Of a DNA stretch of 64,000 nucleotides, positions 1-12,049 are shown piece by piece (position 1 is the first letter of the stretch; every line of letters begins with the position of its first letter). Source of the DNA: Eledone cirrhosa. Lineage: Eukaryota. Location of the stretch: the NCBI GenBank assembly GCA_964016885.1, contig OZ024749.1, positions 28,148,001 to 28,212,000 on the forward strand. The letters are read 5' to 3'. The position numbers were made by a program, and so were the translations under genes. The notes beneath the pieces are model-generated. The model was not told where the DNA came from. It saw nothing but the letters and a program-made list of their open reading frames with translations, and did not search any database.

Positions 1-200
1 AAAACCAAAGCGACAGATACATAATACTTCATCATATATATAGATAAGCACAAGAGAGAGGAGAGAGAGCTATACATAGAGAGAGAAGGATACTATAACT
101 AAATAATTATAAACACATCACTACCAAGGCAGCCTCCTAATTTAATGGTCGCTTATATTATGGTACGTCAAAATTATTTATAAAACTGTTTATATATTGT

Positions 201-264
201 ATTTTATCTGACGAAGGCATGCCATATTTTTAATATGGTATCCCTGAAATATGTATAATGAAAT
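201..264 (+). ncRNA. Type I minimal hammerhead ribozyme
   Basis: attttat-CTGACGA-agg.atgccatatt/aatatggtat.cct-GAAA-T-atgt-A-TA-atgaaat; 7-bp stem I. Confidence 0.8.
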
Positions 265-393
265 AAATATGGTTTTATAAATATAGTTTCCATTTGTTTA
301 ATATCGTATATCTACTCCCAAAACTTGTCGAGTGCTTTATATCAGTTATAAAATATTTACTTGTTGTAACCCAACAATTTTAAATAAAACTTT

Positions 394-446
<53 letters not shown>

Positions 447-1306
447 GTGTGTAAAAGTTAAATTTTTCAGACCATCTTTTGAGGTTGAATATATGGATTC
501 TACCTTGAAATTCAAGCTAGAATGCAAAATACCATATTAGTAGCAGAAGCCCAACTGACCTCTAAACAAATAAAAACAAAAAAACACAATGAATTACAGT
601 AATATTACTGATTCTCTACATCAAAACACACATCCTAATAAATAACAAAATCCATAAACAAGGTCATGTAACTCTTATGAATATTCACACTTGTTCTTTT
701 AGTTGTATCTATCAACCTTAACAGACTAGCTTTGTGGAATCAATTTATATCTCATAATTACTGTTTATTACCATGGGTAATATATCTACTGGTGTGCCAC
801 TACCTACCGTTTTACTATAAGCACCGAGCATTCCACTAAAAGCATTTCAGCTGTAGCGCAGGCTACAATAAGGTGGACACACATTTGAGTAAATTTTTAG
901 TTTCAGACATATTTGCAATAATATAAATTTGCCTTAAGTTCAAGAGGATTTTGTAATGTGTTATTTCTACATACAGGATGATATCTTCATTCAGAAATGT
1001 TAACCTTTATTTGTGATAAACTAGGGTCAAATTTATACAAGTTCCAAGGAAAATTCCAGATATTTGGGTAAAAACAGGATGTTGAATTTTACATAAGATT
1101 GACTATTACTCAAGTATATATGGTGTGTGTGTGTGTGTGAGTGTGTATATATATATATAATATTAAACAATGAATGAATATATATTTGTATCTCACTCTA
1201 TGCATATACATATGTGTGTGTGTATTTGTGTATATATCATCCTATATATATATATATATATTTATTTATATAGAAGGATTTAAATGGATACAGTTTAGTT
1301 AAAAGG

Positions 1307-1433
1307 AATTTATTGACACGTGTTTCAATAACAATTACATAACCTGAAAACAGCTGCTATCTACAAAGTATTAGTTATACAGACATTCAATATTTCAATG
1401 TTATTATCAACTGTCATTTCATCAGAATAATTT
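1307..1433 (-). ncRNA. Hammerhead ribozyme, copy in inverted pLTR
   Basis: Reverse complement of 5551-5677 with intact core. Confidence 0.82.
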
Positions 1434-1952
1434 TACTGAGGACCTGTTTGGTTTTTATAGAGAATATTAGGAGGGAGGGGTGAAGTTGTTAGAATAGTTG
1501 AGGGAGTGGTTTTTTGATAGCAGTGAGAATTTTTGGTGGCAGTGAGTAATTAGATTCCCATCTGTTGTTTTGACATTTTTATAGAATATATTATTGGTTA
1601 TTTTTCTAAATCTATAGAAGGATTAGAGATAATATAGATATGCATGGTTGGTTTTGTGTTTGCACTTAATTAACATTCAGACTTAAATTTTTCTTTCAGG
1701 TGTACGTATCCTTTCGCCCACGCATTCACACACAAACATATATGCACACCTCTACAAAATACATATACTCACATACACATACTTACATGCTCATACTTAC
1801 ATACATATACACATGCACACATATATATATACATATATATACACATATATACATGTACATACATACGCATCCATGTGTATACATTTTCATACTCAACTTA
1901 TCTTTATATACACACGTATAGACACACACATATATACATACATACTCCAGTC

Positions 1953-1989
<37 letters not shown>

Positions 1990-2379
1990 ACTTTAATACA
2001 TGAATACACTTACATCCAACCATACACATCAAACATATATATATATATATTTACTTATTTATATACATTTTCACATATATATACATACATATGGTCGCTT
2101 TTAGACACATTCATTATAGCATATTTGCACCTATTCTCATCAGCATATCTTTCCATTATTAGTGTGGTAATTTAAGGTTATTAATATACATATATATGTT
2201 GAGAAGAGATTGTTTTTATATTTTTCTAACTAGATTGAGGTTTATATAGTTGGGGGGATGTCCCTCTTTTATGTGAGCTGTCCATCTACTGTGTGTGTAA
2301 TATTACAACACTACAGAAAATACTGTATATTTACCTCCTGTAAAGTCGAGCAACCCACACAGCAAACGCAACCACAACA

Positions 2380-4757
2380 ATGGAAAAACACTACCTGGAT
2401 ATGTCACTCAAAAACATACCAACCCAAGTTAAAAGGGAATACTTATTGAGTATGATTAAAAAAACTAATGAATTCATTCGACGTGTGAGGTGGAAAACGC
2501 TCCACTATGATAGAAGCCGTATGAACTCACCATCAGAAAGTGGTGTAAACAACAAATTTGGTTTTAGAACATGTAAAAACCCACCCACTAACCCACTATT
2601 AGATGCATTTGAGCAGGACCTTATGGACTTAATCCTTAAAATTAGATTCAAAGGACGTAACACCAACAACAAATTACAGAAAGATATTAAAAAACTACTG
2701 GACGACCTTAAAAACACCAAAGGAATTGTAGTAAAAGCGGACACAACATCAAACCTGTATACTATGGACTGCACTACATACAACAACTTCATTCGAAAAG
2801 AATTACATAAAAAATATAGAAAAACGAATGAAGTAACTCTTAAGCACATCAATGATGAGGCATGCGAAATAGTGAAAAATCTCGGAATCGAAGATAGGAC
2901 AGGACCACTCTTACCGGCGGTACCCACCTTCAATCTTAAGGACCATAAGGTAAACTTTGATAATGACCCTAAAATTAGATTAATCTGCCCCTCTAAATCA
3001 GATATAGGTAAAATAAGCAAATATATCTTAGATAGAATCATCCCCCAAATTAAGGCTAAGGTTAACATTAAACTCTGGGGGAAGACCCAAGAAGCAATAA
3101 GATGGTTTAATAGCGTTAGCAATAAAAATAAATCTAAATTTATCCAGTTTGATATCGACGAATATTACTCATCGATATCACCTGAAACTTTGAATAGAGC
3201 CATTAAGTTTGCTAAGGATAACTCTGACCTTACAAACGATGAAATTAAGATTATATTAGAAGCTAGGAAAACTATAGTCAAATTTGAGAACAGTTATTGG
3301 GTTCGTAAAGATAGACCCTCTAACTTTGACATAACAATGGGCTCTAATGATTCGGCGGAAATAACTGATATTGTGGGGTTATTTATCGCCTTTAGACTCC
3401 AGGAAAAATTCAGCAATCTCCACGGCGGAATATACCGCGATGATGCTCTCCTCCTAGTTAAAAACCTAAATAACCAAAAACTAGAAAAACTACGCAAAGA
3501 TATAAGAAAACTACTACTCGAAATAGGACTAACTATAACATATGAATACAACCTTAAAGTAGTTAACTTCCTGGATGTCACACTCAATTTAAACTCTGGT
3601 CTGATTAAACCGTTTCATAAATTGAATGAAAAACTCAAGTACGTAAATGTTGGGTCTAACCACCCCATCTCTATAATTAAATCTATCCCTAAAAATATTT
3701 CCCTTAGAATCTCGGGTCTATCTTCTAACATACAAGTATTTAAGGAACACGCCGAGAACTACGATAACGCCCTTAGTAAAGCAGGCTACTTCAACAAAAT
3801 AGAGTATATAGATGAGAACAATCAAAACACTCAAAATAAATCCCACATAGGTAGATATAATAACACAACACCAAACCACACTTACTACCATAGTATACAC
3901 ACCAGTAAACCAACAAACAAAACTAATAGAAAGCGATGCAAAGAGTACTTATGGTATAACCCTGAATACAATAGTTCCATTAGTACAAAATTTACCAGTA
4001 CTCTTCTTTAAAATAATTAAGAGACATTTTCCTACATCACACAAATACCACAAAATCCTAAACCCTACCACTATAAGACTGTCATACTCTATAGCGTTAA
4101 ACCGTGAACAACACATAAAAAAGATCAATACTAGAAGGTGAAACGAAAACACTAAAAACTTAAGTACAAAGAACACAAAAAAAAACAGTAGACAATACAC
4201 TACAGAACATAAATAAACCACACCTAAGTTCGTCCGCAATACTACTCCAGAGAAAACCCAACGTACACAACTGTAACTGCACCTATCCTAACAACTGCTC
4301 CCTCGGCAATAACTGCCTGGAAAAAAATATTATTTATAAGTGTACCATTAAATCCGGAGGCAACGAGTGGTATTACGTGGGATCAACGGCAACATCGTTT
4401 AAATCTCGATTATATAGGCATTCTTACTCAATAAAACACCAGAGCCAAAGAAATGTAACAACTTTAGCAGAAAAAGCTTGGACGCTCAGGGATAGCGATC
4501 AAAAGTTTACCCTAAAATGGGAGAAATTAGCTAAAACCCAAAGCTTTTCCAGGAGCCAAAATTTCTGCAAATTGTGTAATCTTGAGATTTATTACATAAT
4601 CACACACAAGAAGAAATTGCTGAATAACAGAATTGAACGAACATTATTCTGCCGTCACCGAACTAAAACCCTTTTTTTCCCACTACAAGCTGAATATTAC
4701 ATAAAAGAGGGACATCCCCCCAACTATATAAACCTCAATCTAGTTAGAAAAATATAA
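2380..4757 (+). pseudogene. PLE reverse transcriptase + GIY-YIG endonuclease ORF, disrupted
   Basis: RT 2380-4011 (SLKNIP, FDIDEYY, MGS, YRDD, FLDV); frameshift ~4000, in-frame TGA 4139, second shift near the A-run at 4177-4185; then CNCTYPNNCSLGNNCLEKNIIY...YVGST...FKSRLYRH...CKLC...E (frame open 4164-4757). Confidence 0.9.
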
Positions 4758-4981
4758 AAACAATCTCTTCTCAACATATACATGTATATTAATAACCTTA
4801 AATTACCACACTAATAATGGAAAGATATGCTGATGAGAATAGGTGCAAATATGCTATAATGAATGTGTCTAAAAGCGACCATATGTATGTATATATATGT
4901 GAAAATGTATATAAATAAATAAATATATATATATATGTTTGATGTGTATGGTTGGATGTAAGTGTATTCATGTATTAAAGT

Positions 4982-5024
<43 letters not shown>

Positions 5025-5550
5025 GACTGGAGTATGTATGTATATATGTGTGTGTCTATACGTGTGTATATAAAGATAAGTTGAGTATGAAAATGTATAC
5101 ACATGGATGCATATGTATGTACATGTATATATGTGTATATATATATGTATATATATATATGTGTGCATGTGTATATGTATGTAAGTATGAGCATGTAAGT
5201 ATGTGTATGTGAGTATATGTATTTTGTAGAGGTGTGCATATATGTTTGTGTGTGAATGCGTGGGCGAAAGGATACGTACACCTGAAAGAAAAATTTAAGT
5301 CTGAATGTTAATTAAGTGCAAACACAAAACCAACCATGCATATCTATACTATCTCTAATCCTTCTATAGATTTAGAAAAATAACCAATAATATATTCTAT
5401 AAAAATGTCAAAACAACAGATGGGAATCTAATTACTCACTGCCACCAAAAATTCTCACTGCTATCAAAAAACCACTCCCTCAACTATTCTTCTAACAACT
5501 TCACCCCTCCCTCCTAATATTCTCTATAAAAACCAAACAGGTCCTCAGTA

Positions 5551-5677
5551 AAATTATTCTGATGAAATGACAGTTGATAATAACATTGAAATATTGAATG
5601 TCTGCATAACTAATACTTTGTAGATAGCAGCTGTTTTCAGGTTATGTAACTGTTATTGAAACACGTGTCAATAAATT
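5551..5677 (+). ncRNA. Type I hammerhead ribozyme in PLE pLTR, long stem II
   Basis: ttatt-CTGATGA(5559)-aatgacagttg...taactgttatt-GAAA(5658)-C-acgt-G-TC-aataa; palindromic loop III. Confidence 0.85.
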
Positions 5678-6383
5678 CCTTTTAACTAAACTGTATCCAT
5701 TTAAATCCTTCTACTTTTCTCCGGATTACTTTTGGAACTACAACTGGAACCGTCGAGCAAACTCTACGTGAGCTGTCCATCTACTGTGTGTAATATTTAT
5801 ATTACAACACTACGGAAAATACTGTATATATATTTATATAATCAGAAATATATGGAGGAGAAAGCAAGACATTAAAAACAAAATTTAATTCTTACACAGA
5901 ATTTCATCTTCAAGTACATTTACAATACAGTAGGTAGACATATATGTGTGAATATATTCCACAGTGGAGATTTACTTATAAGACTCATCAGTGAAAAATT
6001 ATTGTCCTTAAAGATGTCACTGAAGGGATAGTCCAAATCCGTACAACACCAAAATAAGGCTACACGTTCATGAAACGTTTGTTATTCTAAAAAAATGTTT
6101 GAAGTATTAAGAATACATCAGTATCCATGCTCTACCCATTATTTATTTTAAAATACCAAAATGGTGGCGTTATATTATCCTAATATAATATTCAACATCA
6201 CATCTCTAAGCATTGAGCACGCTTTGCTTCACCTAAAGACATCTAATATATTATATCATATATCCTTCTCCTCTATTCTTATGATATATATCTCTCATTT
6301 TGATATATATATATATATATATAACTTCATCATTCTTATTAATATATATATATATATAACTTCATCATTCTTATTTATATATA

Positions 6384-6720
6384 TATATTAATAAGAATGA
6401 TGAAGTTTCATCTACAAGTATTTAGATTTTTATTGTATAATGACTTGTTATGCGCATTTTGCAGAGAATTGGCTCAGGATCAGCCATAGACGTTATGGAT
6501 CTAACACCATTATCGATCTGCTCTTCAGACTAGTGAGTCGACAAAATGTATAGTGTTTTTGTCGTGCTGCTAGTCTGAAGAGCAGATGGATAATGGCGTC
6601 AGGTCCATAACTTCTATAGATAACCCTGAGCCAATCCTCTGTGAAACACACATAACAGGTCATTACACAATAAAAATTTAAATACATGTAAGCAAAACTT
6701 CATAGTTCTTATTAATATAT
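6384..6720. mobile_element. Old diverged fold-back element with a degenerate hammerhead in each arm
   Basis: Imperfect palindrome centred ~6550; CTGAAGA(6575)-gcaga...tctgt-GAAA(6643); other arm reads tctgc-aaaa-T-gcgc-A-TA. Confidence 0.6.
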
Positions 6721-7221
6721 ACCAAGCGAATACCCTCCATCGGGCATCTACCATACTCTGAACGCCTTGCTTCCCTGGGCATGGATACATTGAAGCTCCG
6801 ATGCCTGGCAACTGACTTGGTAAACACCCCACAAAATTATTAACCATCTTGCCAACAACAACCCTGAGTACCTTTTTGATTTCCATGTGTCTAACACACG
6901 TGGGACATGCCTACAAAGTCAGAAAACAGCACAGTCCCCATGACTTTCAGAAACATTTTTTCATGCTCAGAGTTGCTGAAGCATGGAACAAACTGCCTGC
7001 ATCAGTTGTTAGCTTTCGAGACACTGCATCCTTTAAAATCTCCATGCTTCCCGAGATTCGCCAACATTACACCTAATATTCCCCCTCCATACACATACAC
7101 ACATGTATTTCATGACTCACACTATTCACTTCCCTGACATTTGTATATTATTCTATGTACTATACATGCACCATTGACGAGTGCACCTGAGCACTTTACA
7201 CAATAATTTCATTATTCATTA
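6720..7221 (+). mobile_element. CR1-like LINE 3' end
   Basis: HFFMLRVAEAWNKLPASVV...ASFK remnant; related tail at ~32940-33065 (-). Confidence 0.7.
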
Positions 7222-7339
7222 TAGAACCTGTCAAATAATGGGGTTGATGTAATCAACTCCTCCATTACAGATTGTTGGACCTGTGCTTAGATTAGAAGTT
7301 AGTGACTTGACCTTAAACAAAACTATATATATATATAAA

Positions 7340-8263
7340 CAAACATAAATTATCGAGATTCGCATTTCGGCCCACGAAATAACGAAAAACAACCTCCAAG
7401 ATGTGAGGCAAGTGCTCAATGATTCAGATGAACCAGAACTATAACAAACGTTAAAGGCCAAACACACTGAGACGATGGTTAAACAATCATTCGCATAGCC
7501 AAAAAAACGATCATGTAATTCGGGTATTGAAAATTTACCCGGACCCCTGGAAGGTTGGTAAAATCCAGTATTTGGGTTTCTGCGGCTCATAAATCAAGTA
7601 CTGTCCGCTTACATAAATAATGTCAGGCTTCTGGTAAGATGATTGAATAAGGAAGCCACTTTCTCAACAGGTTTTAGTTCAATGTTAATACAAGGACTGA
7701 CTATTGCTGACTCCACGTGGTGATTGGCAAGGGAAGCAGCCCCTGTATCAGGCGAATGAATTCAGTTGTGTATATTTTTGCAAGAATGAAAAAACATCAC
7801 AAATCGAATAGAGTTCTCAACAGAAGGGTTAAAATTAACATAAGCTATTCATCAGTCAATAGAATCAACTAAAAAATCAAGAAAATTAACTGGTCAGTAG
7901 CTAGAGTCTGGAGATAAATACAAACATAAATTATCGAGATTCGCATTTCGGCCCACGGTATAACGAAAAACAACCTCCGAGATGTGTGGCAAGTGCTCAA
8001 TGATTCAGATGAACCAGAGCTATAACAAACGTTAAAGGCCAAACACATTGAGACGATGGTTAAACAATCATTCGCATAGCCAAAAAAACGATCAAGTAAT
8101 TCGGGTATTGAAAATTTACCCGGACCCCTGGAAGGTTGGTAAAATCCAGTATTTGGGTTTCTGCGGCTCCTAAATCAAGTACCGTCCGCTTACATAAAAA
8201 ATGTCAGGCTTCTGGTAATATGATTGAACAAGGAAGCCACTTTCTCAACAGGTTTTAGTTCAA
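7340..8263. repeat. ~344-bp direct repeat pair
   Basis: 7340-7683 repeated at 7921-8263 with few substitutions. Confidence 0.9.
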
Positions 8264-8683
8264 TTGCCTAAAGTAGAAACAATTATTATTATTATTATAA
8301 TATATGCACTCTGCCTGTGCATAGAGTGATTGATTTGGTACCACAACCAGTAATTCACTGAATCACATACACTATATATCATCATCATCATCATCATCAC
8401 CGTTTTACGTCCGTTCTTCCACGCTAGCATGGGTTAGACGGGTTGTCCTGTTGTGGGCAGTGTCTGGTCGGCTGACCATGCCTTGCTCATACAGGAACTG
8501 ATCTGGCTTGATTTCTACAGCTGGATGCCCTTCCTAACACCAACCTCATTTACAGTGAGTGCTGGGTGCTTTTTCGTGGCGCCTACACGTCCACTTTACA
8601 GTGTGGGCTGGGTGCTTTTTTGCCGTGGCGCCTACACGACCACCTTGCGGTGGGGGGGTGTGGGGGCATATTGTTTATATGCT

Positions 8684-11600
8684 TCAGCATGTACCCATGG
8701 GAGGTCGGGTACCCTGTATTACTGCGTGACGCCAGAAGTCACGGTCGTGTGTCATTGACTTTGAGAGGTGTAGTTGGGTAAGGTCGGCTTTTATCACCTC
8801 ATCCCAAGTCATCTTGGGTCTCCCCACTCCGCGGTTTCCATCAACTTCTAGTGCTCTGCACCTTTTTATGCAGCTGTCATCCTTCATACGCATCACATGT
8901 CCATACCAGCGTAACCGCCTCTCCTGCACGCAGCATTTGATTCCTCTTATGCTCAGTCTCTCTCTCAATTCCTTTATGCTTTGTCGTTCACGTATATTAC
9001 TGTTACACATCCATCGGAGCATGCAGGCTTCGTTTCTCTCTAATCTACGTAAGTCTTCCACCTTCAGCGCCCAGGTCTCACTACCATGCAACATCGCTGT
9101 TCGGATACACGCATCATACAGTCTGCCTTTCATTCTGAGGGAGAAGCCTTTTGCAGCTAGCAGTGGTAGTAGTTCCCTAAACTTCTTCCATCCCGTTCTT
9201 ACCCTAGTTATTGTACTTTCTGAGCACCCACCTCCGTTGCTAATTCGGTCACCTAGGTAGCAGAAGCTGTCTACTGTTTCTACAGGGCCCTCCCAGAGAT
9301 TGGTGGTACTTGTTTCCTGTGGCTGTTTGCTTGCTGTTTCAGCACAGCTGCTGCATGTGAATCCTACATTCTTAATTAAGCTTCCTGAGATCCCACTACA
9401 TCTCTTGTGTACCCATTGTTTGCATTTGGGGCAGAGAATGGAGTTCCTACCTACACCTTTCCTACATACTGAGCAAGGCCATTTCCCTGAGGGGATCTGG
9501 GTTCTGTTTTCTCGTCTACTTATAAGGACCTTAGTCTTTGTCATGTTGACTTTGAGGCCCTTTCTCTCTAGTCCCTGCTTCCAGGTTTGGAATTTATTCT
9601 CTAGTTCTACCATAGATTCAGCTATGAGTGCGAGGTCATCAGCATACAGGAGTTCCCATGGGCATCCGGTCTTAAACTCCTCCGTTATTGCCTGCAGGAC
9701 TATGATGAACAGGAGAGGGCTAAGAACAGAGCCCTGGTGGACCCCAACCTGTACGCTAAATTCCTCGCTATACTCATTGCTAATCCTAACTTTGCTGACT
9801 GCTCCCCTATACATGGCTTGTACCGCTTTCACAAGCCATTCATCTACTCCTAGTTTTCTAAGAGCCCACCAGATTACTGCACGTGGAACTCTGTCAAAGG
9901 CTTTCTCAAGGTCGACAAATGCCAAGTAGAGTGGCTTACTTTTAGCTAGGTACTTTTCCTGTAATTGCCTCACAAGGAAGAGCGCATCAGTGGTGCCTTT
10001 CCCTGGAACAAACCCAAATTGCATCTCATCTATATTCACCCGGTCCCTAATCAGCTGTGCTATAACTCTTTCTGTTACTTTCATGACCTGGTCCATCAAC
10101 TTTATACCTCTATAGTTTCCTCTATCTAGTGCATCGCCTTTACCTTTGTAGCAGTTGACAATGATGCTACTGCACCAATCTTTTGGTATGGCCCCCTCTA
10201 GTATTACCTGGTTAACGATACGTGTGGTTATAGTGTGACCTACAGACCCAGATGCCTTCAGCATCTCGGCAGCTATACCCGATGGACCGGTTGCCTTCCC
10301 TATCTTCATATCTCTGATTGCCTTACTTACTACGCTGCCGCTGACTTGTACTGCTGGTCCCTCTATAGGGTCTACGTGGGGTAGGGTCTCTTCTTCCCAT
10401 GCATTCTCCTCATTTAGTAATCTATCATAATGACTCTTCCATGCATCTTTCTTCTCAGCACTTGTGAGGGCAAGCTCACCTTTATCATTCCGGATACACT
10501 TCTCTCCAATGACATCACAACTATCTCTGACACACTGCCTCGCAATCTTGAATACCTCCTGTTTCTGGTCCTCACGTTGTAAAACATGCTTGAATTTTCT
10601 ATCCTCTGCTTCCCTCCTAGCTAAGTATACTTGTCGCCTAGCTTCCCTCTTGGTCTCTATGTAATGTACCCTGCTCCCCCCGTTCTTCCATTCTTTCCAT
10701 GCCTGTCTCTTGGCCTTGACTGCTTCATCTACCTTATTGTTCCACCACCAAGTCACTCTCCTCCTGCTTGAGGTCTTACTCCAGCCACAAACCTCATCCG
10801 TCGCCTCTAGTAAGTTATTTTTTAGGAACTCCCAGTTCTCTTCTACGTTAAATGTCTCTATCTGTTCTTCTTTACTGTCGTAGGCGTTGAGTAAAATATC
10901 TTTAAATCTGTTACTGGTTGAGGGGACTTTCAGCTTCCAGATCTTTCTTCTCCAGGTTGGCCTCTGTTTCAGGGCTCGTCTAGTTCTGACCGTGAGGTCG
11001 CTGACAACTAAGCTATGTTGGGATGTACATTCCTCACTAGGGAAGGCTTTTGTGTTTACGACCGTCCATCTGTCACGTCCTCTGATGAGGATAAAATCTA
11101 ACTGACTAGAGTGCTCCCCTGATCTATAGGTGATCAGGTGGTTGTCGGGTTTTTTAAAGTTTGTGTTACATATCGACATGTCATTGGCGTCGCAGAATTC
11201 TAGAAGTCTGAATCCTTCCTCATTCCTTGTGCCAACTCCATGGCCTCCATGTACTCTATTGAAGCCGTCGCAGTGTTTACCTACGTGTCCGTTAAAATCT
11301 CCTGCAATGATTAGGAAGTCCTTGTCGTCTGTTAGAGCTGTAGTGTGTATTAGGGACTCGTAAAACCTATCCTTAAGTTCGTCTGGCAGCCCCGATTGGG
11401 GTGCGTAAGCTGATATTATTGTGGTAATTGTCTTATTCAGGACTAGTCTGAGTTTAATGATTCTTGCATTTACCCTGTACACTGAGATTACTTTATCTAC
11501 CCACTTGTCAGCTAATAGTATACCTACACCACCCATCCCATCGTCATTTCCCACCCAGAAAAATTTGTAGCACTGGCTTTTTCCTACAAGGACTCTAGCA

Positions 11601-11803
11601 GACCCTCCTCTCCATCTAGTCTCTTGCACACAGCATACATCAACTTCCTTTCGCTCTAGCATTTCTACGATTTCTCCTGCTCTTCCTTTCATTGAGCCTA
11701 CATTGATGGTACCAACTCGGAGTTTTGGGCATTTGTCGACACTCGTAGGGGAGGGTCTCTGGGTTGGCGCTTCACGTGGGTGCTTGGTAGCTCGCAGATT
11801 CAT
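8684..11803 (-). CDS. RTE ORF: AP endonuclease + reverse transcriptase + PHD-type Zn finger
   Basis: 1039 aa uninterrupted; VQETRW, GDFNGHVG, LDFIL, SQHSLV; DLEKAFD, GVHQGSVLSP, YADD, FCYLG; CSVC..CPKC..H..C..CSSC. Confidence 0.95.
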   Translation of the reverse strand: MNLRATKHPREAPTQRPSPTSVDKCPKLRVGTINVGSMKGRAGEIVEMLERKEVDVCCVQETRWRGGSARVLVGKSQCYKFFWVGNDDGMGGVGILLADKWVDKVISVYRVNARIIKLRLVLNKTITTIISAYAPQSGLPDELKDRFYESLIHTTALTDDKDFLIIAGDFNGHVGKHCDGFNRVHGGHGVGTRNEEGFRLLEFCDANDMSICNTNFKKPDNHLITYRSGEHSSQLDFILIRGRDRWTVVNTKAFPSEECTSQHSLVVSDLTVRTRRALKQRPTWRRKIWKLKVPSTSNRFKDILLNAYDSKEEQIETFNVEENWEFLKNNLLEATDEVCGWSKTSSRRRVTWWWNNKVDEAVKAKRQAWKEWKNGGSRVHYIETKREARRQVYLARREAEDRKFKHVLQREDQKQEVFKIARQCVRDSCDVIGEKCIRNDKGELALTSAEKKDAWKSHYDRLLNEENAWEEETLPHVDPIEGPAVQVSGSVVSKAIRDMKIGKATGPSGIAAEMLKASGSVGHTITTRIVNQVILEGAIPKDWCSSIIVNCYKGKGDALDRGNYRGIKLMDQVMKVTERVIAQLIRDRVNIDEMQFGFVPGKGTTDALFLVRQLQEKYLAKSKPLYLAFVDLEKAFDRVPRAVIWWALRKLGVDEWLVKAVQAMYRGAVSKVRISNEYSEEFSVQVGVHQGSVLSPLLFIIVLQAITEEFKTGCPWELLYADDLALIAESMVELENKFQTWKQGLERKGLKVNMTKTKVLISRRENRTQIPSGKWPCSVCRKGVGRNSILCPKCKQWVHKRCSGISGSLIKNVGFTCSSCAETASKQPQETSTTNLWEGPVETVDSFCYLGDRISNGGGCSESTITRVRTGWKKFRELLPLLAAKGFSLRMKGRLYDACIRTAMLHGSETWALKVEDLRRLERNEACMLRWMCNSNIRERQSIKELRERLSIRGIKCCVQERRLRWYGHVMRMKDDSCIKRCRALEVDGNRGVGRPKMTWDEVIKADLTQLHLSKSMTHDRDFWRHAVIQGTRPPMGTC

Positions 11804-12049
11804 ATTTCATCTATTGATTCAGAGTTGCTCGTGTATTCCCAGCTCATCCATCCCTAACGGTGGGAAAATTGAGGGCTAGAAGGACAGTGGTGGTGGGGTA
11901 ATGGCAGGGTGTGTTGGGATGCGCCAGAGGAGGAGAGAGTTAGTTAGGCAGGTAGTAGCAGCAGCAGCAGTGGAAATGGCATGCTAGGTTTGATTGGTCG
12001 AATAGACTATGGTGGTGTGTGTGGGTGGGGGAAGGGAAATTGTGAGGTA

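Larger units (their letters stand above)
1271..5829 (+). mobile_element. Penelope-like retroelement, Naiad-type, with inverted pLTR arrangement
   Basis: RT + Cys-rich linker + GIY-YIG; 1271-2274 is the reverse complement of 4699-5713; 2273-2330 repeats directly at 5768-5829; flanked by TA tracts; hammerhead in pLTR. Confidence 0.92.

Noticed and set aside
471-543. Possible exon after tttcag (PSFEVEYMDSTLKFKLECKIPY*)
   Set aside because: No convincing donor, homology or link to other exons.
1700-2175. YI/HT-rich ORFs here and throughout
   Set aside because: Translations of TA/CA repeats.
5890-5998. Minus-strand CTGATGA...GAAA as a functional hammerhead
   Set aside because: Stem II plausible but stems I and III pair poorly; treated as degenerate only.
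7800-7866. Minus-strand CTGATGA in the direct-repeat block as a hammerhead
   Set aside because: A stem follows but no GAAA or stem III.
8814-11363. Antisense ORFs over RTE and PLE coding regions
   Set aside because: Shadow frames with no recognisable motifs.
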